A DNA stretch of 64,000 nucleotides, taken from Thermoanaerobaculia bacterium (lineage in GTDB: Bacteria; Acidobacteriota; Thermoanaerobaculia; Multivoradales; Multivoraceae). Position numbers and translations under genes: made by a program. Location: assembly GCA_963666565.1 (NCBI GenBank), contig OY762911.1, forward strand, positions 416,001-480,000, in the 5' to 3' direction. How positions within the stretch are numbered: the stretch's first letter is position 1; every line of letters begins with the position of its first letter. Positions 1 through 10,813 of this stretch are shown here, one piece after another. The notes under the pieces are model-generated. The model saw only the letters and a program-made list of their open reading frames with translations. It was not told the DNA's origin and did not search any database.

Positions 1-412
1 CGCCCGACGGTAGACGGAAGTCGGGAATGCTCGGCAAAGAGAGCGGCGGCGGCGAAGGCGCCACGACCGTGGCAGTGAACGTGACGGAAGCGCGGGCGCC
101 GTCACGGTCCGCGACGAAGTAGGAGACCGTGTAGGTCGTGTCGACCCAGACCGTCGGCAGCGTTCCTCTCGCACGCCGCGTCGACGGGAAGAACGTGATC
201 CCCGGCGGCAGACCGGACACGCTGTAGCTGTAGGGCGACCTGCCGCCCGACGCGGCCGGGAACACCGTGTCGATGACCCCGCCGGGCGGTAGCCGAAAGT
301 TGGGAATGCTCGGCAGGAACAGCGCCGGCCGTTCCGAGGCCCGTGCGGCCAGGGGCGCCACGGCGGCCAGAACGAGGAAGAAGGACAGTACTGGTGTGCC
401 AAGGCGCTTCAC
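1..412 (-). CDS. Secreted protein with repeated putative Ig-like (He_PIG-type) domains; N-terminal part, runs off the window edge
   Basis: Not in the ORF track. Manual translation from GTG at 412, with GGAGG upstream, gives MKRLGTPVLSFFLVLAAVAPLAARA (signal peptide), then ...FPAASGGRSPYSYSVSGLPPGITF...YTVSYFVADRDGARASVTFTATV. A second unit begins LPSIPDFRLP, matching LPSIPNFRLP in the first unit. Confidence 0.75.
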   Translation of the reverse strand, partial: MKRLGTPVLSFFLVLAAVAPLAARASERPALFLPSIPNFRLPPGGVIDTVFPAASGGRSPYSYSVSGLPPGITFFPSTRRARGTLPTVWVDTTYTVSYFVADRDGARASVTFTATVVAPSPPPLSLPSIPDFRLPSG

Positions 413-444
413 GATCCTCGCCTCCCGAGGTCATGTGGACGTCG

Positions 445-684
445 AGATAAGGGCGATTGTCTAAACAGAGAAAACGCTTGATTCGTGACTTGGTCGTCAC
501 CTAGACTCCGGAGACCTCCTGTGAAGCCGAAAAAAGTGTCGGCGAGCCGCCCCTTGGTGCGGAAGGCACCGTCAATCGCGTCCTGGACACTGAGATCCAC
601 CCGCTTCGGGACCCAGGAAGGCAGCCTCAGGAGAAGAGCGGGACTTGACAAGCGCGATTTCCTGGCAGACAATCGCCCTTATCT
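445..684. repeat. Perfect 18-bp inverted repeats (445-462 and 667-684) bounding a 240-bp segment; putative tyrosine-recombinase core sites
   Basis: AGATAAGGGCGATTGTCT at 445-462 and its exact reverse complement AGACAATCGCCCTTATCT at 667-684. Each site is itself a dyad (AGATAA-N6-TTGTCT). Confidence 0.85.
645..673 (+). promoter_or_regulatory. Sigma70-type promoter for the recombinase, overlapping the right inverted repeat
   Basis: TTGACA (645-650), a 17-nt spacer, then GACAAT (668-673). Confidence 0.6.
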
Positions 685-776
685 GCCCTGACTGCCGACG
701 GCCCAAAACCCCGTCGTCCTGACCTAGGATCGGCCCTCGTTGCAAGCGGAGTCCCCGGCCGAACCCCTCCCGGACG

Positions 777-1649
777 ATGGACAAGAGCGCCTACGCAGCC
801 AACACCCGCAAGGCATACAGCCACGTCATCCAGCGCTTCAACGCGTTCCTGGGAGGCCGCGCTGCCGAGGACGCCACCATCGCGGCCTTTCTTGAGTCCG
901 AGGCCGAACGCGGCCTCGCGCCCGCGTCCCTGTCGCTCGTCTCCGCGGCGATCGGGGCCCAGGCGCAGTCCGCCGGCGCGGACGATCCTCGGGGCCGGCT
1001 GACCTACCAGACCCTCGGACGCCTGAAGAGAACGCACAGCGCCCGCGGCGGGGGACAGGTTGCCGGGCTCAAGCGGGAGGACGTCGACGCAGTCGCGACG
1101 CTCGCGGCCACTGAAGGCACGACGGCCGGACTACGCGATGCCGCTCTTCTCCGCCTCGGTAGCGATTGCTTGCTGAGGATCAGCGAACTGGCAGCCGTTC
1201 ATGTGAAGCACCTCAAGCGCGCGGAGGACGGGAGCGGCTGCCTGAAAGTGCCCCGGAGCAAGACGGACCAGGAAGGCGAAGGCCAAACGCTCTACGTCTG
1301 CAAGGCGACGATGGCGGCGATCGCCGCCTGGCGGGAGGCCTCCGGGATCGGGTCCGGGCCTCTGTTCCGCGGCGTCTCCAAAGGAGGAACCGTCGGCGAG
1401 GCGGCGCTGACCGAGAGCGGGATGCGGAAGATCATCCGCCGACGGGCCTGGGCGGCGGGTTTCCGGAGGCGCGTGAGCGGACATTCCCTCCGCGTGGGCA
1501 GCGCTCAGTCGCTCGTCGCCAGAGGCGCCTCGACCGCCGAACTCATGCAGGCCGGGAGATGGAAAGACCCCAAGACAGCCGCCCGCTATGCCGCCAATGA
1601 ACTGGCGGCCAACGGCGCTGTCGCGAGGTTCTTCGAGGACGACCGCTGA
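777..1649 (+). CDS. Cre-like tyrosine recombinase/integrase
   Basis: RDAALL...LRISEL (catalytic R), RSKTDQ (K), GHSLRVG (HxxR), GRW (W, as in Cre), ARY (Y). N-terminal NTRKAY helical domain. Confidence 0.92.
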   Translation: MDKSAYAANTRKAYSHVIQRFNAFLGGRAAEDATIAAFLESEAERGLAPASLSLVSAAIGAQAQSAGADDPRGRLTYQTLGRLKRTHSARGGGQVAGLKREDVDAVATLAATEGTTAGLRDAALLRLGSDCLLRISELAAVHVKHLKRAEDGSGCLKVPRSKTDQEGEGQTLYVCKATMAAIAAWREASGIGSGPLFRGVSKGGTVGEAALTESGMRKIIRRRAWAAGFRRRVSGHSLRVGSAQSLVARGASTAELMQAGRWKDPKTAARYAANELAANGAVARFFEDDR

Positions 1650-1774
1650 CAGCCCGACACGCGCCACACGTTCCCAGGGCAGGACGTGAGCCTTGCGGTT
1701 GAGCCAAGTCTCGGGGCGAAGCAGCAGGCGCAATCGCCGCCGCTTCGCGGCGCACTTTTCTGGCCGCCTCCGGC

Positions 1775-1802
1775 GGCAGCGGGTCAGAGGACCCGCGCAC
1801 CC
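1775..1802 (+). repeat. REP-like palindromic repeat, single copy
   Basis: GGCAGCGGGTCAGAGGACCCGCGCACCC, a variant of the 28-bp unit seen throughout the window. Confidence 0.75.
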
Positions 1803-1810
1803 AGTGGCCG

Positions 1811-2401
1811 CTAGTTCGAGTCGCCGTTGCCGGCGGTCCAGCTCGGCAGGGAGGCCGGGTCGATCCCCAAGGAGGCGAGCGCGCCGGACCAGGCGTCGAC
1901 CGGGTCGCCGGAGAAGACGATGGACTCCTCGACCGGCACCGTCAGCCAGTCGCTGCGGCCGACCTCCTGCATCAACTGGCCCGGCGCCCAGCCGGCGTGG
2001 CCCAGGAGCAGCCTCATCCGGTCCGGCGCGCTGCGGGCGAGCGTGCGCAGCGCGAGGATGTTCTGTGTGGCGCCGACGCCTGGAGCGATCTCGGCGATGC
2101 CGTCCCGCTCCAGGCCGGTCATGCCGTCGAGCGACAGCAAGACCGTGCCGACCTCGGGCTGCACCGGACCGCCGACGTAGGCCGTCGCTTCCGAGCGGCC
2201 GGACCACTCGATGTCCAGCTCCCGCAGGACCTCGTCGACCTTGAGCTGGCTCGGCCGGTTGACGACGAAACCCAGGCTGCCCCCCTCGCCGCCGTCCTCG
2301 TGCGCGGCAAGCAGTACGACCGCCCGGAAGAAGAACGGATCGAGCACCTGGGGCATGGCGACCAGCAGAGTCGGCGTCTCGAAATCGTCCAGCCCGGACA
2401 T
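1811..2401 (-). CDS. YqgE/AlgH family (DUF179) protein
   Basis: LLVAMPQVLDPFF..RAVVLL...GSLGFVVNRP, YVGGPV, LGHAGWAPGQL..E...DW. ATG at 2401. Confidence 0.88.
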   Translation of the reverse strand: MSGLDDFETPTLLVAMPQVLDPFFFRAVVLLAAHEDGGEGGSLGFVVNRPSQLKVDEVLRELDIEWSGRSEATAYVGGPVQPEVGTVLLSLDGMTGLERDGIAEIAPGVGATQNILALRTLARSAPDRMRLLLGHAGWAPGQLMQEVGRSDWLTVPVEESIVFSGDPVDAWSGALASLGIDPASLPSWTAGNGDSN

Positions 2402-2546
2402 GGGCGCGACTCTACACGCGGCCGGATGGCCGGCGCACCGACAGCGCCGACCGCCGCGGCGCTTTGGGTAGTCTCCGGGTTGCATGGAACGGGCCGCCGG
2501 AAGCGGGCCGGCCTGCGGCCGGCGAATCTCCCGGGCCGCCTGCGGC

Positions 2547-2574
2547 GGCAGCGGGTCGGAAGACCCGCGCACCC
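2547..2574 (+). repeat. REP-like palindromic repeat, single copy
   Basis: GGCAGCGGGTCGGAAGACCCGCGCACCC. Confidence 0.8.
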
Positions 2575-2627
2575 AGCGGACGGCCAGCTCCACAAGCGAC
2601 ACTTGAATCACGAAGAACGAGCCAGAC

Positions 2628-5369
2628 ATGATGAACAGCTTCGGCGCGATCAAGACGATGTCCGCCTCCGGCCGATCCTTCCGGATCGCCCACCTGCCGA
2701 CCCTTGGCGACGCCGGCCTGCCGGTGGAGCGCCTGCCGTACGCCCTGAAGATCCTGCTGGAGAACCTGCTCCGGCGGGAGGACGGCCGCGTCGTTCCGGC
2801 CGCGGACATCGAGGCCGTGGCGCGCTGGGAACCTCGGGCGGAACCGAACGTCGAGATCGCCTTCATGCCCGGCCGGGTGCTGCTCCAGGACTTCACCGGC
2901 GTCCCCGCGGTGGCCGACCTGGCCGCCATGCGGGACGCCATGGCGGCGATGGGCAGCGACGCCGCGAAGATCAATCCGCTGCAGCCGGCGGAGCTCGTGA
3001 TCGACCACTCGGTCCAGGTGGACGAGTACGGTTCGGCGGCCGCGCTCCTGATCAACGCGGAACGCGAGTTCGAGCGCAACGAGGAGCGCTACCTGTTCCT
3101 GCGCTGGGGCCAGACCGCGTTCGAGAACTTCCGCGTCGTGCCTCCGGCGACCGGCATCGTCCACCAGGTCAACCTGGAGTACCTGGCGCGCGGCGTCATG
3201 CACTCGCCGAACGGCCACGCCGAGCCGCCCTTCGCCTATCCCGACACCCTGGTGGGCACCGACTCCCACACGACGATGATCAACGGCCTGGGCGTCCTGG
3301 GCTGGGGCGTGGGCGGCATCGAGGCGGAGGCGGCCATGCTCGGCCAGCCGATCGCCATGCTGGTGCCCCAGGTCGTCGGCTTCCGCCTGGTGGGCGCCCT
3401 GCCGGAGGGCACGACCGCCACCGACCTCGTGCTGCGGGTCACCGAGATGCTCCGCAACCACGGCGTCGTCGGCAAGTTCGTCGAGTTCTTCGGCCCCGGG
3501 CTCGCCGAGCTCCGGCTCGCCGACCGGGCGACGATCGCGAACATGGCGCCGGAGTACGGCGCCACCTGCGGCATCTTCCCGATCGACCGCGCCGCCATCG
3601 ACTACCTCCGGTTCACCGGGCGCAGCGAGGCGCAGGTGGAACTGGTCGAGGCCTACTGCCGCGAGCAGGGGCTCTTCCACGGTCCGGACGCGCCCGAGGC
3701 CGAGTACAGCGACACGCTGGAGCTCGACCTGGCGACCGTCGAGCCGTCGCTGGCCGGACCGCGGCGGCCCCAGGACCGGGTGCCGCTGTCCGGCGTGAAG
3801 GAGTCCTTCCTCGGCCAGTTGCCGCAACTCTCGCCCCGCGGCGGCCTGCCGGTGCTCGACGGCGACGACGGCGCCGGCGCGGACGACGAGGCCCCGGCGG
3901 CGGACGAGACCGGCGACGCCGGCGAGCGGCCCGAAGTCGTGGACGGTTCCGTCGTCATCGCCGCGATCACGAGCTGCACGAACACCTCGAACCCGTCCGT
4001 CATGCTGGCCGCCGGGCTGCTGGCGAAGAAGGCCGTCGAGGCCGGACTGCGGACCCGGCCGTGGGTGAAGACGAGCCTGGCGCCCGGCTCCAAGGTCGTC
4101 ACCGACTACCTGGCCGAGGCCGGCCTGACCGCCTACCTGGAGCAGCTCGGCTTCCACACGGTGGGCTACGGCTGCACGACCTGCATCGGCAACAGCGGCC
4201 CGCTGCCTCCCGCGACCTCGGCCGCGATCGCCGAGGGCGAGCTGGTCGCCGTCTCCGTCCTCTCCGGCAACCGCAACTTCGAGGGCCGGATCTCGAGCGA
4301 AGTGCGCGCCAACTACCTCGCCTCGCCGCCCCTGGTGGTGGCATACGCGCTGGCCGGGCGCATCGACATCGACCTCCACGGGGAGCCCCTGGCCGACGGT
4401 CCGGACGGTCCCGTCTACCTGCGCGACATCTGGCCCGCCCAGAGCGACATCCAGGCCGCGCTCGAGACCTCGCTGCGGCCGGAGATGTTCAAGCGCCAGT
4501 ACTCCGACGTCTTCGCGGGCAGCGAGGCGTGGCAGGCGCTCGACGTGCCCGCCGGACAGACCTTCGCCTGGCGGGAGGATTCGACGTACGTCAAGCAACC
4601 GCCCTTCTTCGTCGACATGCCGCGCCGACCTGCGCCGGTCCAGGACATCGCCGGCGCCCGGGTGCTGGCCCTGCTCGGCGACACGGTGACGACGGACCAC
4701 ATCTCGCCGGCCGGCCCGATCAGCCCGGACAGCCCGGCCGCCGACTACCTGCGCGGCCTCGGCGTCGAGCAGGCGCAGTTCAACTCCTACGGCGCCCGCC
4801 GCGGCAACCACGAGGTGATGATGCGGGGCACGTTCGCCAACGTCCGCCTCCGCAACCGACTGGTGCCGGGAGTCGAGGGCGGCTACACCGTGCTCCTGCC
4901 GGAGGGCGAACAGATGTCGATCTTCGACGCGGCGATGGCCTACCGCGACCGCGGCGTCCCCCAGATCGTCCTGGCCGGCGTCGAGTACGGCACGGGTTCC
5001 TCGCGCGACTGGGCGGCCAAGGGGTCCCGGCTGCTCGGCGTGAGCGCCGTCATCGCCAAGGGCTACGAACGGATCCACCGCAGCAACCTGGTGGGGATGG
5101 GGGTCGCGCCGCTCGAGTTCCTGGAGGGCGAAGGCGCCGCCGAACTGGGGCTGACGGGCTTCGAGGAGTACGCCATCGAGGGGCTTGCCGCCGGGCTCGC
5201 GGGGGACTTCGAACCCGGCCTGGAGGTCACCGTCCGGGCCGCGGGCGACGACGGCGAGATCGCCTTCCGCGCCCGCGTCCGCCTCGACACGCCCCAGGAG
5301 GCGGAGTATTACCGGCATGCGGGCATCCTCCAGTACGTGCTGCGGCAGCTTCTTGACGACGACGCCTGA
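2628..5369 (+). CDS. acnA: Aconitate hydratase A
   Basis: RVLLQDFTGVPAVADLAAMR, DHSVQVD, AAITSCTNTSNP, GYGCTTCIGNSG, SGNRNFEGR, TTDHISPAG, GSSRDWAAKG. Confidence 0.97.
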   Translation: MMNSFGAIKTMSASGRSFRIAHLPTLGDAGLPVERLPYALKILLENLLRREDGRVVPAADIEAVARWEPRAEPNVEIAFMPGRVLLQDFTGVPAVADLAAMRDAMAAMGSDAAKINPLQPAELVIDHSVQVDEYGSAAALLINAEREFERNEERYLFLRWGQTAFENFRVVPPATGIVHQVNLEYLARGVMHSPNGHAEPPFAYPDTLVGTDSHTTMINGLGVLGWGVGGIEAEAAMLGQPIAMLVPQVVGFRLVGALPEGTTATDLVLRVTEMLRNHGVVGKFVEFFGPGLAELRLADRATIANMAPEYGATCGIFPIDRAAIDYLRFTGRSEAQVELVEAYCREQGLFHGPDAPEAEYSDTLELDLATVEPSLAGPRRPQDRVPLSGVKESFLGQLPQLSPRGGLPVLDGDDGAGADDEAPAADETGDAGERPEVVDGSVVIAAITSCTNTSNPSVMLAAGLLAKKAVEAGLRTRPWVKTSLAPGSKVVTDYLAEAGLTAYLEQLGFHTVGYGCTTCIGNSGPLPPATSAAIAEGELVAVSVLSGNRNFEGRISSEVRANYLASPPLVVAYALAGRIDIDLHGEPLADGPDGPVYLRDIWPAQSDIQAALETSLRPEMFKRQYSDVFAGSEAWQALDVPAGQTFAWREDSTYVKQPPFFVDMPRRPAPVQDIAGARVLALLGDTVTTDHISPAGPISPDSPAADYLRGLGVEQAQFNSYGARRGNHEVMMRGTFANVRLRNRLVPGVEGGYTVLLPEGEQMSIFDAAMAYRDRGVPQIVLAGVEYGTGSSRDWAAKGSRLLGVSAVIAKGYERIHRSNLVGMGVAPLEFLEGEGAAELGLTGFEEYAIEGLAAGLAGDFEPGLEVTVRAAGDDGEIAFRARVRLDTPQEAEYYRHAGILQYVLRQLLDDDA

Positions 5370-6054
5370 TCGACGCCTCCAGATCGACCCGGTCGCCGCC
5401 CTGCCGGCGCGCGAGCGGCTCAAGATCAACGAGATCTTCTACTCGATCCAGGGGGAATCGACCTTCGCGGGCCGCCCCTGCGTGCTGGTCCGGTTGACCG
5501 GCTGCCAGATGCGCTGTACCTGGTGCGACTCGGAGTACGCCTTCCACGAAGGCGACTGGATGCGGGTCGACGAGATCGTCGACCGGGTGCTCTCGTACGG
5601 TTGTCCGCTGGCGGAGGTCACCGGCGGCGAACCGCTGCTGCAGCCCGGCGTCCACACGCTGATGAGCGGGCTGTGCGACCGTGGCCTCGAGGTGCTGCTG
5701 GAGACCGGCGGCGGACTCGACATCTCGGGCGTCGACCCGCGCGTGAGACGCATCGTCGACCTGAAGTGCCCGGCCAGCGGCGAGGCCGCGAACAACCGGT
5801 GGGCCAACCTCCACTGCCTGCGAGCGACGGACGAGGTGAAGCTCGTCGTTCAGGACCGCGGCGACTACGAGTGGGCGCGGGACGCGATCCGGGAGCACCG
5901 GATCGACGAGAGCTGCACCGTTCATCTGTCGCCCGTCTGGGGCGCCCTGGCGCCCGCCGAACTCGCCTCGTGGGTGCTCGAGGACCGGCTGCCGGCGCGG
6001 GTGTCGCTGCAGCTTCACAAGACTCTATGGGGCTCCCAGGAGAGGGGTGTCTGA
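5353..6054 (+). CDS. queE: 7-carboxy-7-deazaguanine synthase QueE (radical SAM)
   Basis: INEIFYSIQGES...VRLTGCQMRCTWCD (CxxxCxxC), VTGGEPLLQ, LETGG, DLKCPASG, SLQLHK. Start uncertain; TTG at 5353 chosen. Confidence 0.85.
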   Translation: MTTTPDRRLQIDPVAALPARERLKINEIFYSIQGESTFAGRPCVLVRLTGCQMRCTWCDSEYAFHEGDWMRVDEIVDRVLSYGCPLAEVTGGEPLLQPGVHTLMSGLCDRGLEVLLETGGGLDISGVDPRVRRIVDLKCPASGEAANNRWANLHCLRATDEVKLVVQDRGDYEWARDAIREHRIDESCTVHLSPVWGALAPAELASWVLEDRLPARVSLQLHKTLWGSQERGV

Positions 6055-6178
6055 ACGGGACGGCGGGCGCCCCACGGGCCTTCGCCGGACTGCTACACTC
6101 CGCGCCGAATACGGCCCAGGAAGACACGGATGCCGGAAAGGCAGAACGCCGGGAGAAAGAAGGGGTGAGACAGTCAAG

Positions 6179-7444
<1,266 letters not shown>

Positions 7445-7522
7445 AGGCGGCAGAGCGGTCGCCGCTTCGTCACCGGCGGAGCCGGCCTTCGGCCGGCGCG
7501 TGTTCTTCGGCCGGCTACGCCG

Positions 7523-7605
7523 GCAAGCGGGTCGGAAGACCCGCGCACCCAGCAGCGGGTTAGAGGACCCTCGCACCCGGCAGCGGGTCGGAAGACCCGC
7601 GCACC
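7523..7605 (+). repeat. Three tandem REP-like 28-bp units
   Basis: GCGGGTCGGAAGACCCGCGCACC three times (middle copy variant), between convergent genes. Confidence 0.8.
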
Positions 7606-7612
7606 GACAAGG

Positions 7613-8134
7613 CTACGAGCGGAGTTCCGGGCGGGTCGGCTTGGCCGGCACGTGGCCCCGGCGGTAGACCAGGATCGTGCGGTCGAAGGTGATCACGGGC
7701 TTGCCGTCCTGGTTGTAGCCGACGGTCCGGAAGCCGACGATCCCCTGGTGCGGCCGCGAGTTCGACTCGCGCACGGAGAGCACCTCGCTCCGGGCGTAGA
7801 GGGTGTCGCCCTCGAACACCGGGTTGGGCAGGCGCACCCGGTCCCAGCCCAGGTTGACCGCGTTCTGCGACAGGTCGGCGACGGTCAGGGCCGTCACCAG
7901 GGAGAGGGTGAAGCAGGAGTTGACCAGGGGCCGGCCCCACTCCGTCTGTCCCGCGTACTCCCGGTCGAAGTGGATCGGGTTCGGGTTCAGGGTGATCATC
8001 GTCAGCCAGACGTTGTCGCCCTCGGTGACCGTCCGGCCCAGCGCGTGCTCGAACACCTGGCCGACGGCGAAGTCCTCGAAGACCCTGCCCGCGCCATCGG
8101 CCGGCGGACCCGTGTGCGTGTTCGCGTCACTCAT
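7613..8134 (-). CDS. MaoC family dehydratase (hotdog fold)
   Basis: FEDFAVGQVFEH..GRTVTEGDN, NPNPIHFD..YA, NLGWDRVRLPNPVFEGDTLYARSEVL. Confidence 0.88.
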   Translation of the reverse strand: MSDANTHTGPPADGAGRVFEDFAVGQVFEHALGRTVTEGDNVWLTMITLNPNPIHFDREYAGQTEWGRPLVNSCFTLSLVTALTVADLSQNAVNLGWDRVRLPNPVFEGDTLYARSEVLSVRESNSRPHQGIVGFRTVGYNQDGKPVITFDRTILVYRRGHVPAKPTRPELRS

Positions 8135-8215
8135 CTCGACGCCCTGCCTTCGAGTTCGAGGAGTCCTCGGCTGCTTCAACCGGCCTGCCGGCGCCGTCAC
8201 CTACGTTGTCGTCGC

Positions 8216-9337
8216 TCATGCCCTGAGTATCGCTCCCTTCCGTTCCAGTTCGAGGATGCCCGAGACGTCCAGGCCGAGTTCGGCGAGGACCTCCTCGGTG
8301 TGCTCGCCCATCCGCGGTTCGCGCCGGCGCAGCGTTCCCGGCGTGCGCTCCAGCCGCGGCGCCGGCGCGACGTGGATCTCGCCGTCCGGCCCCACGGGAA
8401 AGGCGCCGCGCTCCGCGTTGTGGGCGTGCCGGGGCGCCTCGTCGAGGTCGAGCACCGGCGACACGCAGGCGTCGAGTTCGGTGAACACGTCGGCCCACTC
8501 GTCCCGCGTGCGGGTCAGGAAGGCGCGGCGAAAGGCCTCGATGTGCTCCGGCCAGCGCTCCTCGTTCATCTGCTCGTCCGCCACGTCGACTCCGGTCCCC
8601 TCGCACAGCGCCGCGAAGAACCGCGGCTCGATGGCGCCGACCGAGACGTAGCCGCCGCACTTGCACTCGTAGCACCGGTAGAACGCGGCGCCGCCTCCCA
8701 GCAGGCCGACCCCCGGCGTCGAGCGGGCGCCCTTCTGGGCGAAGTGGACCGCCATCAGGGAGGCCGCCCCGTCGATCATCGCGGCGTCGATGTACTGGCC
8801 GCGGCCGGACCGCTCCCGCTCGAACAGGGCGCAGAGGATGCCGAAGGCCGCCATCAGCCCGCCGCCGCCGAAGTCGGCGACCAGGTTGAGCGGCGGCAGG
8901 GGAGGATCGCTGCCGTTGCCGATCTGCGACAGTACGCCGGCGAGGGCGATGTAGTTCACGTCGTGGCCGGCGGCCCGCGACATCGGCCCGGTCTGCCCGT
9001 AGCCGGTCAGGGAGCAGTAGACCAGGCGCTCGTTCAGCGAGGACAGCGCGGGGTAGTCGCAGCCGAGCCGCGCGCAGACGCCGGGCCGGTTGCCCTCGAG
9101 GAAGACGTCCGCGCTCCGGGCCAACTCGTGGAGGACCCGCTGGCCGCCGGCGGTCTTCAGGTTGAGCGCGATGCTGCGCTTGTTGCGCGAGAGCATGTCG
9201 CCCGAGCGGACCGGGCCGCCCACCGCGTTGTCGACCCGCAGGACGTCGGCGCCCATGTCGGCGAGCAGCATGGAGCAGTAGGGGCCCGGCGCCAGCCGCG
9301 ACAGGTCGAGAACCCGCAATCCGTCGAGCGCGCCCAC
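8216..9337 (-). CDS. CaiB/BaiF family III CoA-transferase, alpha-methylacyl-CoA racemase-like
   Basis: LDGLRVLDLSRLAPGPYCSMLLADMGADV, RNKRSIALNLK, GHDVNYIALAG, NLVADFGGGG, VGAIEPRF. Start approximate. Confidence 0.9.
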   Translation of the reverse strand: MGALDGLRVLDLSRLAPGPYCSMLLADMGADVLRVDNAVGGPVRSGDMLSRNKRSIALNLKTAGGQRVLHELARSADVFLEGNRPGVCARLGCDYPALSSLNERLVYCSLTGYGQTGPMSRAAGHDVNYIALAGVLSQIGNGSDPPLPPLNLVADFGGGGLMAAFGILCALFERERSGRGQYIDAAMIDGAASLMAVHFAQKGARSTPGVGLLGGGAAFYRCYECKCGGYVSVGAIEPRFFAALCEGTGVDVADEQMNEERWPEHIEAFRRAFLTRTRDEWADVFTELDACVSPVLDLDEAPRHAHNAERGAFPVGPDGEIHVAPAPRLERTPGTLRRREPRMGEHTEEVLAELGLDVSGILELERKGAILRA

Positions 9338-9498
9338 GGGGGCGGAGCCTACAGCAGCCGGCGGCGGCCCCGGCCGTCGCGGAAACGCGGCGCCGGCGGC
9401 GGCCGTCGCGCGAGGCATCCCAGCGGGAGGACGGCGGCCGCCCGCGGGATGACGGCGGCGCCGGCGGCCGCCGCGGGCCGCGTTGATACCCTGCCCAA

Positions 9499-10782
9499 AT
9501 GGAAGCGCCGGCCCCGGCCACCGTTCTGCCGCGCTCCAAGCATCCGATCGTCTCTCGCCGGCTCTCGGGCGGCGCCCGGAAGGTGCTGCGCCGGCTCGGC
9601 CAGAACGGCAGGAACGCCTGCCTCGTCGGCGGCAGCGTGCGCGACCTGATGCTGGGCAGGCGGCCGAAGGACTACGACATCGTCACCGACGCGCGGCCCG
9701 AGGAAGTGCGACGGCTGTTCAGGAACTCGCGGATCATCGGCCGCCGCTTCCGCCTCGTCCACGTCCTGTTCGCCGGCGAGGTGGTCGAGGTCTCGACCTT
9801 CCGGGGCGCGCCCGACCCGGACCGCCAGCGGCGATCCCCGGGCGAACTGCTCGTGACCAGCGACAACACCTACGGCACTCCCCGGCAGGACGCGTTCCGA
9901 CGCGACTTCACCGTCAACGCGCTGCTCTACCGCGCCTCGGACGGGGCGATCGTCGACTACGTCGGCGGCATCCGCGACCTGGAGCGCGGCTGCCTGCGGG
10001 TGATCGGCGATCCGAACGTGCGCTACCGCGAGGATCCGGTCCGCATGCTGCGGGCCTGCGAGTTCGCCGCCCGGCTGGACTTCGAGATCGAGGAGAAGAC
10101 GCTCGGCGCGGCCCTGGCGCACCGGCGCGACATGGAGAAGGCCTCCCCGCACCGGCTGATCGAGGAGCTGCTCCAACTGCTCGCGAGCGGCCGCGCCGCC
10201 GCGGCCTTCGACTGGATGGGACGCTGCGGACTGCTGCCGGTCATCCTTCCCGAGGTCGACGAAGTGCGGAGATCGCCGGGCGAAGCGAGCGGCTTCTCGG
10301 AACTGGCCCGTCTGCTCGACGAACGGGTGCGGAAAGGCCCGGGGGTCTCGCCCGCGGTGCTGCTCTCGTCCCTGCTGCTGCCGCGGATCGTGGTCGGCAG
10401 GGACCGCCTGGAGGCCGGCGGGGCCAGAGTGCATCGGCACCGCCTGCAGCGACTCGTCGACGACGTGGTGGCCGACTTCGGCGAGCGTTTCGCCCTCTCG
10501 GCGGCGCGCCGCATGAAGATGAAGCGGGCCATCGAGACGTTTCAGCGGCTGTGCGAAGCGCCGCGGAGTTCGAGGACGGTGCAGAGTCTCGTCCGGCGCG
10601 AGGCCTTCGGGCCGGCGCTGGAGCTCTTCGGCCTGCTGTCGGCCGCCACGGGGAGCGGGGTCGAGGCGCTGGAGGATTGGCGGCGGCACGCGGGGGCTGC
10701 GCCGCCGGGGGCGGCGGAAGGCGCCGCCGAGCCGCGGCGACGCCGGCGGCGACGGGGCCGGCGGCGACGGCGTCACCTGTAG
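9499..10782 (+). CDS. pcnB: Poly(A) polymerase I
   Basis: LVGGSVRDL..GRRPKDYDIVTDARPE, the IIGRRFRLVHV PAP signature, RRDFTVNAL, EDPVRMLRA, and an Arg-rich C-terminal tail. Confidence 0.9.
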   Translation: MEAPAPATVLPRSKHPIVSRRLSGGARKVLRRLGQNGRNACLVGGSVRDLMLGRRPKDYDIVTDARPEEVRRLFRNSRIIGRRFRLVHVLFAGEVVEVSTFRGAPDPDRQRRSPGELLVTSDNTYGTPRQDAFRRDFTVNALLYRASDGAIVDYVGGIRDLERGCLRVIGDPNVRYREDPVRMLRACEFAARLDFEIEEKTLGAALAHRRDMEKASPHRLIEELLQLLASGRAAAAFDWMGRCGLLPVILPEVDEVRRSPGEASGFSELARLLDERVRKGPGVSPAVLLSSLLLPRIVVGRDRLEAGGARVHRHRLQRLVDDVVADFGERFALSAARRMKMKRAIETFQRLCEAPRSSRTVQSLVRREAFGPALELFGLLSAATGSGVEALEDWRRHAGAAPPGAAEGAAEPRRRRRRRGRRRRRHL

Positions 10783-10813
10783 GAGTCGGCGGGTGTACCT
10801 GGCCGCCTGCGGC

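Noticed and set aside
1650-1810. Prophage or integrative-element attachment site next to the recombinase
   Set aside because: No tRNA/tmRNA fragment, direct repeat or phage gene is visible, and the other boundary may lie outside the window.
10730-10782. Poly-arginine tail of PcnB
   Set aside because: Arg-rich C-termini are normal for bacterial poly(A) polymerase I.
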